Shown here in pieces: positions 36,726-49,555 of a stretch of 64,000 nucleotides of DNA. This stretch comes from Vicugna vicugna (Eukaryota). Within the stretch, counting starts at the first letter, position 1; each line of letters starts with the position of its first letter. The notes under the pieces are model-generated. The model saw only the letters and a program-made list of their open reading frames with translations. It was not told where the DNA came from and ran no database searches. The stretch is from positions 806,001-870,000 of the forward strand of contig MU058444.1 of the NCBI GenBank assembly GCA_013265495.1, written 5' to 3'. A program made the translations under genes and the position numbers.

Positions 36726-37579
36726 ATGTTTGCTTCTTTTGTGTTATTAGGTTGCAGTAAAATATGATTGAAAGTGAAATAACATTTTTCATCCATCAGA
36801 TTTGGCGAGAATTGTAAAGACTGATAATATCCATCATGGATAACGGTGAGGGGAAATTTGTATTATCATACACTCTAGGGGACAGTGATTTTTAAAAAAT
36901 GTAGTCCTGTAGCCTGAATTGCTCACATGGGGCTGTCACAGGAATCCCAAGGGCGTCCCACCTCAGTTTTCAGTCTGCTTTGGTCCTCTCCCATCTGCGC
37001 TGGCAAATCTCAGAAAGAGGAATTCCTTCCCTAGGTGATTCCTTGGTAAAGACTCAGTGTGTGAGGGAACATGGTTTCCAAGTGAGCATCTGACTGGCTC
37101 ACCTTCCTTCCTCCAGGCCCGCATTGCCCTGCATCTGTTAGAAACGTGGTAAGAACTGTCAGGGGTGTCCCCTCTCTCTTGCTTAATGCAACACTCCCAT
37201 TTTCTTGACATTTTTTCCATTGACCTTGAATTATATTCATAGAAGTGAAACCAGCTTGACACTGATTTTGCCTCCGCTGAATGAGAGAGGCCTCTCTTTG
37301 CACTGATGTGTTTTCATGTGTTAAGTGAGAGGCACAACAGGGTCCACATGACCCAGTATCCTCATTGACCCAATCCAGCTGTGATCCTGAGTGTCAATTT
37401 CACTTCCCACATTCTTTGAAGTTTCATTATTACCAATACAATAGTTTAGTTTACTTACATAATGAGATTAACACTGCGGTAATGATTCTGAGCAAAATAA
37501 ATATAAAAAATTACAGAGCGTTCTTTTTTGGTTTATAAAATTCAATTTTATCTAAAAATAGACCCTGCACAGTGCAAAA

Positions 37580-37965
37580 ATCACATTATTCTAACTTTTA
37601 TCCTCTGGCTACTGTTTGCATGGGATAGCTTTTTCCCATCCTAGCCCTTTCAGACTCTCTGTGTCTTTGTGTCTAAAGTGAGTCTCTTATCAGGTAAAAG
37701 ATAGACTCAAAGATGTATTGTACAACATCAGGTATATCGCCAATATTTTGTCAATGGAAAGTAACCTTTAAAAATTGTATAAAGCTTATTTTTTTAAATG
37801 TTACAAATAAAAAATAAAGTGAGTTCTCAGAGACAGCTTAAAGATGAATTATGAGAGGTTTTTCTTTTGTGAGCTAGTCTTCCTGTCTGTACCTTTTTAT
37901 TGGCGTATTTAATCCATTTACAGTTAAAGTAAATATCGACAAGGAAGGATTTACAGTTGCAAAAA
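37580..37965 (-). mobile_element. Old L1M fragment carrying a nested (+) L1 3' end (about 37687-37814) with TSD
   Basis: Host: tctaaagtgagtctc...agacagc...tatttaatccatttacagttaaagtaaatatcgac. Insert: caaagatgtattgtacaac...ggaaagtaacctttaaaaattgtataaa. TSD taaagtgagt(t)ctc at 37674 and 37815. Confidence 0.8.
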
Positions 37966-38079
37966 ATAATACTACATTGCAGGTTTTATATTTTGGGCCT
38001 CATTTACATATTTGTTGTCAGTCTTTGAAATTTGCCTGGTTAACTCTCACAAAATTTTTGATGGGATGACTATTTAAAA

Positions 38080-40494
38080 ATTTTTTTTGTTTTTAATTTT
38101 TGAGAAATATATAAAAGATCCTAATTATTTTATGTAACTGAAATGTTAAACCCATTCAAAACAACACCTTGCTTTCCCCTCCTCTCAGACCCTGGTAACC
38201 ACTATTCCACTCTCTGCTACTGTATGTTTGACCATTTTATTATACTTCTCATATGTATGGAATCATGCAGTATTTATCCTTCTGTGACTGACTTACCACA
38301 CTTAACATAATATCCTCAGTATTCATCCATGTTGTCACATAGGGCAAGATTTCCTTCCTTTTTAAGGCTAAATAATGTTCCACTGTATGTTTATACCACA
38401 TTTTCTTTATCCTTTAATCTGTTGATTGGATATTTAGATTATTTCTACATCTTGGCTATCGTGAGCAATTCTGCAAAAAATACGCGAATGCAATTTCTTT
38501 TCAAGGTCCTGATTTCAATTGCTTTGGGTAAATACCCAGAAATAGGATTGCTGGATCATATTTTTAATTTGAAGGGGAGACTTTTTATTATTTTCCATAG
38601 TGACTGCTCCATTTTACACTCCCCAAAACCATTTTACATTCCCAACAATACTGTACTGGGCTCCAACTTCTCCACAACTTCACCAATATTTGTTTACCTT
38701 TTGCTTTTTTTCATAATAGCCAATCTGATAAATGTGAGGTGATATTGTGGTTTTGACTTGTGTTTCCCTCATGATTAGTGATGTTGAATTTCTTTTCATA
38801 TGCCTGCTGGCCATTTGTATGTCTTCTTTGGAGAAACATCTAGCCAGCAATCAGGCATGAAAAAGAAAGAAAAGTGACACTCTTTTAATCCTTGATGCTA
38901 CCCATTTTTAATTTATTGATTAATTTTTTGCTATTGTTTTGAAAGAGTTTTTTTATACATTTTAGATATTAACCCCTTATATGGTTAATATACCAGATCA
39001 TATACTATATATACACCAGATTATGGTTTGCAAGTGTTTTCTTCTGTTCTGTAAATTATCTTTTCACTCTGCAATTGCTTCTTTTGCTGGGCAGGAGCTT
39101 TTTCATTTGACGTAGTCTCATTTCTCTATTTTTTTTTTTTTGCCATCGTTTCCCATGCTTTTGATGTTATAGCCAATAAATCCAAGACTAATATTATGAT
39201 TCATATGCTTCTCCTAGGAGTTTTCAGTTTTAAATATTGACTTTAAGTCTTTAATCCACTTTGAGTTGATTTTTATGTATCATGTCAGATCAAATTTCAA
39301 TGACTCATTTGCATGTGGATATTAATTTTTCCCATCACCAGTTTTTGGAAGGGGCTATCCTTTCTCCACTGTATATTCTTGTCACCTTTGTTGAAGATCA
39401 GTTCAGTGTATATACTTGCTTTATTTTGGGCTCTCTGTTCTATTGTATTGGTTTCTGTCTTTATATTAACGCTATACTGTTTTAATTACCATAACTTTAT
39501 CATAGGTTTTGAAATGAGGAAGTGTGAGGCCTCCAGCTTTGTTCTTCTCTCTCAAAGTTGTTTTGATTATTCAGGGTAATCTGTAGTTCCATAGAAGTTT
39601 CAGAATTACTTTTTCTGTTTCTGAGAAAAATGCCATTAGGTGTTTGATAGAGTTTGCACTGAACCTGTACATATCTTTGTGTAGTAGGGCCATCTTAAGA
39701 ATTTCATGAACACAGGGTGTCTTTCCATCGAATTGTGCTTTCTTTAATTTCGCTCATCAATATTTTGTAGTTTTTAGTGTACATGTCTTTCATCTTCTTT
39801 CATCTTAAATTTATTCCCAAGTATTTCATTCTTTCGATGCTTTGTAGACGGGACTTTTTAATTGCCTTTTCAGATAATTCATTGTTAGTGTATAGAAACA
39901 ACTGATTTTTTATGTTGATATTTATCCTGCAACTTTATAGAACTCAGTTATTAGTTCTAATAGGTTTTTTTTTTCTATTTTTGGATCATGTCATCTACAG
40001 AGATAATGTTACACGTTCCTATTTGATTTAGATGCCTTTTATTTCTTTTTCTTGCCTAACTGCTCTAGCAAATCGGGGATATCAGCTCTAATGAATTACT
40101 AATGTGGTAATGAATTCAATAGTACATTAAAAAGGATCATACACCATGGCAAGTTTAATTTATCCCTGATATAAAAGGATGGTTCAACATGTGAAAATCA
40201 ATTAATGTGATATACCTCATTAACAGAATGAAGGATAAAAAACATGATTATCTCAATAGTAAAAGCATTTGGCAAAGTTTGACAAACTTTTGTGATAAAG
40301 GGCCTCTTATCTTGACATAATAAAAGCTATGTATGAAAGACTGTATATGAGTATATATCAGACTCAATGGTGAAAAACTGAAATCTTTTCCTCTAAGATC
40401 TGGAGCAAAAAAGTATGCTCACTCTTGCCACTTCTGTTCAGAAAAGTATTGGAAGTCCTAGTCAGGGTAATCAGGCAAGAAAAAGAAAGAAAAA
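38080..40494 (-). mobile_element. L1MA/MB-like element with 5' inversion (38080-40070 minus; about 40110-40494 plus)
   Basis: Antisense 3'UTR and ORF2 run up to the RT motif region (ggatcatgtcatctacagag, the reverse complement of the DDMI codons). The immediately upstream ORF2 segment then appears in sense orientation. Confidence 0.9.
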
Positions 40495-42332
40495 TGACAC
40501 TCTTTTGCACCTTGAGCATGGTATGATGAAGGAAATGATATCTGTTATACTAAAAATATTATCATGTCAGCAATAATTCAGAACATTTAAAAATTTATTT
40601 TGCTCAATAATGAGCATGTTAGACTTTTATTTTAAACTATGTGTTCTACTGAGTTTGATGTATGTACAAAATACCAATGTAGATAACTAAATTATGATGT
40701 GATAATTCTGGCAATTCAGTTTGGCAGTGGATTTTACACCCATTGGTTTTATGATATTATTTGAAACTACATCCCCGAGATTTTTGTTGTACATGTTAGA
40801 AATACATTATTTAAGGTTCGATTGTATCAAAAATATTCTTATGACAATGAACTAACTTAGAATTCCTTTATGTGGAAATATTTTGATGTGATTGGCAATA
40901 CAATGGATGGATAGAAAATATATTTACCTCACTGCGTAAATGTTTTAATGATTTTTTTCCAAGTTTTATTAGTCTGAAAATTTTTATTAGATTATCCCAC
41001 TTATTCGTCCTGATGTTGCAGTGCAATTATATTTCTTTCTTTGCTTCCACCAAGGATACTGCAAAAGATTCCCCTCGATTAAATATTTATTAGTCATTGG
41101 TTTCTTTGCTGTTGGGTGTTTGCACCACGTGTCCCTCTGAAATAAGACACCACTAACTTCATTGGCAGTTTGGCCAAGCTTTTACTGCAGCTTTTATGCA
41201 ACAGCCAAAAATTCTCTTCAATTAATTGCAGTTCTTAAAAGGAGTTTTAATTGCTGTATATAATCCATGCATTGTCTACTGTGAGAGCCCTGCACAAATT
41301 TAGCAAAGCTAATGTGACTAATGACACACATTAAAAGCTTTCTCTTTATGACATGCTTAGTTCTGGGAGCCATAATCCTGGAAATGTTACAGAGATGAGT
41401 AAGCCTTTCCACGTCATGTTAACCACAGGCTAGGCTCTCTTGAACATTTTTAACATGGGATAGTTTTAGGACATGGGATAGTATTGATTTTGTTGGTAAT
41501 AAATATTATATCCTATGTGTAGTGTTATAATCTACTTATTATATATCTGTTGCCAGTGTCATAAAATAGAGATTAAAATGCCTGAGAGAGTTTACCCACC
41601 ACTGAGTAATTTATGGCTTTCTTTAATCTAGTTAATCCCTTCTGCCTTCTTTCCCCTTGTAAATTTGAGATAATAATACTCATTAATGCTTACAGACTGT
41701 GCTTTGGGACACTCAAACGAAAGAGGTTATTAAATGTATAGACTATTTTACAGACATAATTTAATTAACCATCACTTCACTTCTTGGGTTAAGTGTCTCT
41801 AATGATTTCTTTGTGAATGTGGAATCTAAGAAATGAAGAGGGTAAGTGATGTGCTGAAAATAATATTGTAAATTAGGAATGTGCTGGAAATATAGGTTAA
41901 CGATTATAAAACCAACTAATCTAAATCCGAATGGAATCAAATTCAAACCAGAGAAATTCCCTATGTGACAGATTTGGTAAATCTGATAAAGAATGCCACT
42001 TTAATGCATTAAACAAGAGTATTATAAAACATTTTTTCTGAAGTTTCCGTACTTGATATTCACTGCTATTGTGGGTGTGCTAAAATCTATGAAAATTCTA
42101 GAGCTAGAATGAGACAGTGATTGGAGTATGGCGTTAAAATGAAAATGCTGTAGGTGCTAATTTGAGCCGTGAGTATTAAGACCCAATGTCAGTTCCTTTG
42201 GTGAGAGATACTAGTTTTATAAATCCTGAGTGAAAACATTTGTTCGCTAGAATTTTCATCCCCTGCACTTCTTGAGAGTCCAGAACTCTTTCTCTAACTT
42301 TATTTGGTACATATTTTGCAGTATCTCTTAGG

Positions 42333-42835
42333 TGTGATGTTAGTTCTCTATTGCTATTGTAACAAATTTTCACAAACTCTGGCTTAAAGGAACACAACCT
42401 TACTGCCTTACGTGTCTGGGGCTCAGGAGTCCAAAATGGATCTCACTGGCCTAAAATCAAGGTGTCAGCTGGTTCCTTCTGGAGGTTCTAAGGGGAGAAT
42501 CCTATTTTCTTGCCTTTTCCAGCTTCTAGAAGCTACCTACTTTCATTGGTCTGTGGTCTACTTCCATCTTCAAGTCCAGCCATAGCCAGTCTAGTCTTTC
42601 TTATGCTGCCATCTCTCTGGTTCTTCTGATCTTGTCTCCCTCTTAGACCTATTGTAACCCTGTGATCACCCCCCCTTATATCTAGGATATATCTCTGCAT
42701 CTCAAGCCCAGATGATTATCAACCTTGGTCCCATTCGATACCTTCATGCTTCTTTGTCATGTCATGTAGCGTATTTCCTGGTTCTGGGAATTAGAACACA
42801 GACGTTTTTGGAAGGCCACTATTCTACCTACCAGA
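42333..42835 (-). mobile_element. MaLR solo LTR (MLT1D-like)
   Basis: ctattgctattgtaacaaattttcacaaactctggcttaaa...ctaaaatcaaggtgtcag...ggaggttctaaggggagaatcc...gccactattctacctacca; about 500 bp. Confidence 0.85.
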
Positions 42836-43714
42836 GATGTTAAGAATGAAAGTTTCTCAAATGAGTAGTGGGTATAGGAAAAATTGCCATAAATGACCAT
42901 ATTCACCCCAAATTCTAACTTCTTTTTAGTATACCCAAATATCATCTTAATTACTTCCACAACCTTTTTTTTTTTAATAAAAGCTTTTGTATCTGAAGTA
43001 TCTTTTTCTTACGGTTAATGAAAATGGAAATATTCCTGGTTGATAATTATGTGAAAACATACAATAAATTAAATCATGTAACTGTATGTGACTAGTAACA
43101 ATGTAAACACACAGAATTTGGAATGCAGGGCAATGAGAACAGACATTCAATCCAGGAGAAATGCTTCTGGGCATTTAAAAAAGAAAACACAGCCTTATCA
43201 TAATGGTAAATAGTCCCTTTTTCATAAATTCATATTTGAATGTGTTCACACCTTGTTTATGCTCCTTGAAGATTTTGTTCTTCTTTTTTTCTCCTAATCA
43301 AGAAATCTCTTCATTAAAGCGAGAGAGAATCTTTGTGGCAGGCAATTATATGATCATTTTCATTGTAAATATCATTTGTATCCGATGGCTATTCAAAAAT
43401 ATTGACTTAAATACATGCATTTCCAAAGGAATTTGCCAACTTCTTCTTGAAATACGGGTTCTTTCCTTATTGTTTGTTGAAGACACCATTCTTCCCCCAG
43501 TCGCTCAACATTATCATTTAAAATTTAATTTCCTTTTTCCAGATATCAAATTCTGCTGTTTTTCTTCAGAAATAATATTCTCATTGTTGCCTACGAGAAA
43601 TCCTGATCAATCCATACTAAGCTTACTGTAAGAACATATTTTAAGGATTAGTCCACATTGATTTTTTTTTTTGAAAGTTAAAGAAAAAAAAATCAGCTCA
43701 CATTTACTTTCCAA

Positions 43715-43885
43715 ATGCTTTGAAATGTAAAACTCATTTAGTTCCCACCTTGACCCTATGAGTACTATTTTAACCTCATTTCACAAGTGTAAAAACTGAA
43801 ACACGTGGAAGGTAAATAACTTGCCCAGGTTTGGTGAAATGTAAGCAGTAAAGCCATAATTCACAATCACACAGCCTGGGCTGAG
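43715..43885. mobile_element. MIR relic
   Basis: accctatgagtactattttaacctcatttcacaagtgtaaaaactgaaacacgtggaaggtaaataacttgcccagg. Confidence 0.75.
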
Positions 43886-44393
43886 AGCTTCCTCCAGCCG
43901 GCTCACTTTGCTGCCGGGAAAGTTTTATGAGAGGCAGATCGACTCCATTTGTGCCTGGGGGGAAGGGTGGGGAGTGGTTTGCATGACCCACCCTGCTAAT
44001 TCTAAGGTGCTCTCACTCTGACAGATTCCACAGGGAACTGGAGGGCATGTCTGACAGCCAAGGGCGTGAGAGCCTCCATTCCCAAAGGAGGAAAGAGGAG
44101 GAACAAGTCTTCCCACCCTCAGGCAGAAACTCCCTGAGTCCTGTTTCTTGAGTCCTGCTGAGCTAGACAACGCAGGCCAGGTGCCCCGACAGCACCTCTC
44201 ACATCGTGCTGTTCTCCAGCCTGAGCAACTAAAGCGACTTTGTCACGCTTGCAGGAACAAGCCCAAACCACTCCATCTGGCACTGAAGCTCTTTTTGTTC
44301 AGCTTCACTGTGTCCATCTCATCTTCCGTGTCTTCCAAATACACATTTTCTAATCCTGAAATCTCAGACTCATCCTTGACGCCTTTCTCTAAC

Positions 44394-44619
44394 TTTTTTT
44401 TAATTGAAGTACAGTCAGTTACAATGTGTCAATTTATGGTGTGCAGCATCATGTCCCAGTCATATATAGAGATATGTATATTCGTTTTCATGTTCTTTTT
44501 CATGAAAGGTTATTACAAGATACTGAATATCGTTCCCTGTGCTGTTCAGGAGAAATTGGTTTTTTATCTATTTTTATATGTAGTAGTTAATATTTGCAAA
44601 TCTCGAACTCCCAAATTTG
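44394..44619 (-). mobile_element. L1 3'UTR-only insertion
   Basis: ttttttttaattgaagtacagtcagttacaatgtgtcaattt...gttccctgtgct...tttgcaaatctcgaactcccaaattt. ctctaac occurs on both sides. Confidence 0.9.
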
Positions 44620-44639
44620 CTCTAACATGTTATAGCTAA

Positions 44640-45015
44640 TCTTTGAGCAAATCCCACTGACTCTGACTTCAAACCTTATCCCAAATCCAATTATTTCTCA
44701 ACACCTTCCCTGCCACTACCCTCGACCACACAACTAGCCTGCCTTGTCTGGACCACTGACGTAGCCGTCTAACTGGTCTAGCTGCTTCCGCCCTTACCTT
44801 TCTACAGAACCTTCCAAACGCTGCAGTCCAAACATCCCTTTAATATAAACTACTCCTCTGCTAAACTCCCTCTGTTATCTCTTTTTATCACATTGGATAA
44901 AAATCCAAAGGCTTTACCAGAATGTGCAAAGCCTTATGTTATCTGGCTCCAGAAATGTCTCTGACTTTATCTCTTTCCTCTCTCACACTTGATCACTTTG
45001 TATTAGCCACTTGGG
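44640..45015 (+). mobile_element. L2 relic
   Basis: ccttccctgccactaccct...taactggtctagctgcttccgcccttacc...actcctctgctaaactcc...gataaaaatccaaag. Confidence 0.7.
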
Positions 45016-45721
45016 ACCTAGAATTGTTAGTAGATGTGCATTTTGAGTAACTTCTGAAAATTCAGTATCACTCCTTGGAGCATTAAGATCACATAAGATG
45101 GAAACCTTGGATTTCATATAAAAATATTGGTTGCAATTCCTGGGTAAAAACAATCATCATTATAGTTGAAGTTGCAGTCTTTGAAGAAATGCATTTTTTT
45201 ATGCACTTCTCTATTTGAAAAACAAAATAAAAGGGATTAAAATCACTCTTAAATTCTCTTATGGGTTTTCAAAAAATTAATTTTAGCTAGATATAATGTT
45301 CCACTAATAAAGACCATAACACGAGAGATGTAACTAACTTGACATTTTCTAAAGGGAGAGAATTTACGGACATAAGATCTGGCCCTGATTTATCTTTTAA
45401 TATACTTATCCAATTCCAATTTTGATAATACCTAGCAAAAAGCAGACCTGCAAGGTAAGTCCTCCTTTTCCCTTTTTGAAGTAATAAGAGCAGATTTTAC
45501 TTTACCTTCTATTCAAACACACATTTCAGGAAAGTCTCCACAATGAAATTTTTATGAGTATTTAAAAGCTAAATTTGATTTTCATGTTAAACAAACTAGC
45601 ATAAAACTGAATAAATAAGTGTCTTCCGATAAACTTTTCTTATTTAAAATTGGCTGGGTTCTTGCCACCAGTATCTAATATAAAACTGAAACTATAGAAG
45701 TATTAAATGATAAGCTGGGAT

Positions 45722-46425
45722 AATTTTTTAAAATTACGGTACAATATACATAATAGAAATGTTACCATTTTAACCATTTTTAAGTGGACAATTTAGTGGA
45801 AATAAAGGCATTCACATTGTTGTGAAACCCACGCCACTATCCATTTCCAGAGTTTTTTTATTATCTCAAACTGAAACTCTGTACCCACTAGAGAGGAACT
45901 CCCCACCGGGCCTCCCCAAGCCACTGGCAACCACTGTTCTATTTTCTGTCTCTATGAATTTCACTGTTCTAGGAACCACAGACAAAGAGAATATTATGTA
46001 ATATTTGCCCTTTTGTGTCTGGCTTATTTCACTTAGCACAATGTTGTCAGGGTTCATCTGTGTGGTACCAGGTACCAGGAATTCATTACATTTTTATGCT
46101 GAATGATTCCATTATATGTATACCACACTTGGTTTATCCATTTATCTGTTGGAAGACATTCGAGTTTTCTCCACTGTTTGGCTATTGTGACTAATATTCC
46201 CTGCTTTCAGTTCCTTTGTGTATACCCCTAGAAGCGGGGTTGCTGGATTTTTACGGTAATTCTCTGTTTTGTTTTTAAAGAACCTTCCTTCCTGGTTCCT
46301 ACAGCAGCTGCATCATTTTATATTCCCACCAACAACGCACAGTGGTTCCAGTTTCTTCGCATTCTCTCTAACACTTCTTATTTTCTGAGTTTTTTTTTTT
46401 TCTTTTCAGTCGTCATCCTAATTGG
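45722..46425 (-). mobile_element. L1MB-like 3' fragment
   Basis: taccattttaaccatttttaagtggacaatttagtgg...aactgaaactctgtaccca. Minus translation MNPDNIVLSEISQTQKGKY is the ORF2 C-terminus. Confidence 0.9.
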
Positions 46426-47527
46426 CCTGGGAATAATTCTTTCTTAATCTCAGAAATGAAGTGGCCCTTTCCAGATATGATACAAAAACAAGACAAAACA
46501 AAAAGAGAAGTCAGGAAATAATATACTGATGAATTGGACCACTCAAAAATAAAAAATTTTTAAATTCCAACATGGCCGAAATCACCGTAAGAAAAATCAG
46601 CCTAAAGATGAACTAGAAAATAAGTGCAAATTTCAGGCAAAGAGTTAATTCCCCTGATATAGAAAAAAAAGCCCCTTCAACTAATTAAGAAAATAATTAA
46701 CAACCAATGAAAAAGTGGACGAAGGAGATAATTAAAAATTATCAGAATAAGAAAATGCAGATAGATCTTAAATATATGAAAAGACCGTATGAGTCTTAGA
46801 TTATCATCTTCAAGATGGACTGATGGTATCTCCTGCATTGGGCTAAAGATTCAATAGTAAGTACTCAATAAATAAATTTCATATATTTTAATTAATAATC
46901 CAATCTAAAAGGAGAGCAAAAAAAAGTCCACTTAGGACTGAGACATAAGGGAAAGTAGTTTTTAACTCTGAATTCAGCTAAGAAATTTAATTTCTTTAGA
47001 CCCAAGATCTAACAGACAACCAACCAGCCTAAGGTATGAAAATAGAAGCCAAGTATTGAATTAGATTAAGTCAAGTTAGTCTCAGTATAGTAGTCATTTA
47101 TGAAGAGACACTTCAAAAAGAATACAGGGGAGTTTTTCAACCAAACATCTATGTTTGAGGAGAAATCATGAAACTTTTTGGGTACTCGTAATAGAAAATT
47201 GTCAAAGGCAGTACTATAAAAATCTCTTTCAATGCCCTCATCAAAGGTTGAAGTCACCAATCACATTATTTATATACCTGAAGATTTCTAAAAGTCTTCA
47301 TTCACTCTGAAAAATGTGGCTTTAGTGAGTCTATTTGTGTGTAACTCTAAGATGCCTCATTAAATTTGAGAACGATTCTTCCTTGAGCAATACTCCTCGA
47401 CAAGGAAAATCTATTTAAAGTTCATGAACATTTGAAATGGGAGGTATTTAGTTGTCATGTTTCATACCAGGAGACTGAATGATCAAGAGAATTTATGTAG
47501 CAGCCCTTCGAATCTTACCCCTCAAGC

Positions 47528-48075
47528 TGTCGGCGAGGAAGAAATTTCCCTCTATCCTTCTACGTTCTTTTGACAGATGCAAGAATGAAATTGACATGAG
47601 ACGTTAACAACGGAAAATCAAAGAGAAGTTTAGTAACATGTATACATGGGACAGAGCAGGAAGACGAGCTCTCCAAAATGAACTAAAACCTTCACCTACA
47701 TGTCATCTTCAGCTAAAGACAAAAGAGGATGTTGGGGGTAATGTTTGGGGACTTCAAAGGGGAGGGAGGCAATTCACACAGAGATAAAATGTTTCCTAAA
47801 CAAATGTTTGCTGGGCCAGGCAGGGCTAATCGGGTGCAGAGTGGACTCTGATCTTCGAGTCCTGCCAAGTTTCTCTCACCACGCCTAGCCCATGCTCTTT
47901 CCAGATAGCTCTGGTAGTAAGTCTATTCTGGAAACCGGCACTTTATCTAAATTCTTTTATGCAGTTAAGGGGGAGGGGACTAGAAAAATGTCCTGAGTCT
48001 TGTTTTTTAAAACAGCCTAAATTAATCCTCATGCCAAAGAGACACATTTTGGGGAGGCGGATTTTCCTTCCATAT
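47528..48075 (-). mobile_element. ERV1-class LTR (MER34/MER39-like)
   Basis: gaaattgacatgagac...catcttcagctaaagacaaaag...taaacaaatgtttgctgggcc...atcctcatgccaaagagacacattttgggg. Confidence 0.75.
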
Positions 48076-48721
48076 AGAAACATTATTTAATGAGTAATTA
48101 ATATTCATCTAAAGGTATGCAGAAAACTAAAGTTAATGAACTCAAAAAATTCTTTTCTACAGTGGATATTAACTTTGTCCCAACTTCTATTAATAAATGT
48201 AATTTACTCCCTATTATATATTGAATGTCTTCCGGGTACCAAATGCAGTTCTTGGTGTTTTGAGATAGAATAGTGAACAAATGTGAAGAAATCCCTGCCC
48301 TTGAAAAGGCTACGTGATAATGGGAAGAGACCACAAAAAATCATAAAAACAATTAAACAAAAATATAACACAATACGTAAATGAAGAACAAATAAAAGGG
48401 TAAAAGGGACTAGACAGTCACCGGGGGATGTTCTCTTGTGTAGAGCATTTGCAGAAGACCTCACTAAGGAATTCATGCGTCGTAAACCACATGGATGCTG
48501 AGAAAAGGATGTTCCAGCTGGACGGAGTGGTGAGTGCTGTGGCCCTTCAGTGGGTCTGTGTGTGACATCTATGAGTAACAGCAGGGAGGACCTTGTGTGT
48601 GTAGAACAGTGAGCAAGCGGGGAAAGTCAATGGCAATGAGATCAGGGAGGTAGCCAGAGGGAAATCTGTGCAGGACTTTGCAGGTTGTTGTAAGGATTTC
48701 GGATGCTACTCTGAGTAGGAT

Positions 48722-49315
48722 TGTTACCGAATTACTCAGGTCCCAGCCCAGGCTGAGACCCCCTGTCCCGGGTCAGGGAGGCTCTTTTTCCGACTGGATT
48801 TGGAAATAATGAAACCAACTGCAGAGACCGTACCAGTACAAGCTTTATTCAATGGCCAGAGAATGCAGAAGCAGGAACTTAGTCTGCAAATTAACTTGGC
48901 AACCCAATCTGAGCAGAGACACCAGAAGAGGGTTGAGGTACAGGGAGGGAACTGGGAAGAGTGGGAGGAATATTCATGAGTTACTGAGAACAGGGATGTG
49001 GTGTGGACCCAGAACTGATGCAACTCTCCTTTTCCATCCTTGTAAGGGCTTTTCCAGTTGTCATGGCAATCGTCAACTGTCATGGCGCTGGTGGGTGTGT
49101 CATTTGCCACTGTGGATTACCGTGAGTGTTTAAATAGGTTCAAGGTCTACTGGAAGTCAAATCCTCCGCCATCTTGGGCCTAGTTGGTTCTAACCAATTA
49201 GGTTAGATTTTTGTTTTTCTCTTTGCTGCTGCCTCCTGAAACTTGGGTAAGAGTAATTGGCTTCTAATGAAGGAAGAGGCAGGGGTACAACCCTGGGGCA
49301 ACCGCCCTGGAAACA
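48722..49315 (-). mobile_element. MER41-like ERV1 solo LTR inserted in L2
   Basis: tgttaccgaa...ggaaaca ends with ggat/tgat flanks. Contains ttgtcatggcaatcgtcaactgtcatggcgctggtggg and cgccatcttgg, which I recall from the MER41 consensus. Confidence 0.75.
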
Positions 49316-49555
49316 TGATGAGATGTCATTGGATAGTTTTATGGTGAAGAATGATAATGTCAGATATATTTTTGAAATTTCACTCTGGCTGCTCTGTAAG
49401 AATAGACATCTGGGGGCCAAGGTAAGGAGAACAAACAAGAGGCTCTTCCAAGAATGAAGGTGATGGTCTCTTTCTCCTCATACAGCCATTAGATGCCTGG
49501 ATGGTCATTCTTGCTGAAAACAATTGCAGCTGCTGAAGAACACACAATGCGAAAA

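Noticed and set aside
38329..39579. Plus-strand ORFs of 137, 67 and 88 aa with hydrophobic, membrane-like composition
   Set aside because: They are antisense readings of T-rich L1 sequence.
43203..44639. 142-aa and 163-aa ORFs
   Set aside because: No recognisable domain, low-complexity F/I/L/S composition, and the second runs into an antisense L1 3'UTR.
45445..45460. Consensus donor CAAG|GTAAGT
   Set aside because: No convincing upstream acceptor or open exon found.
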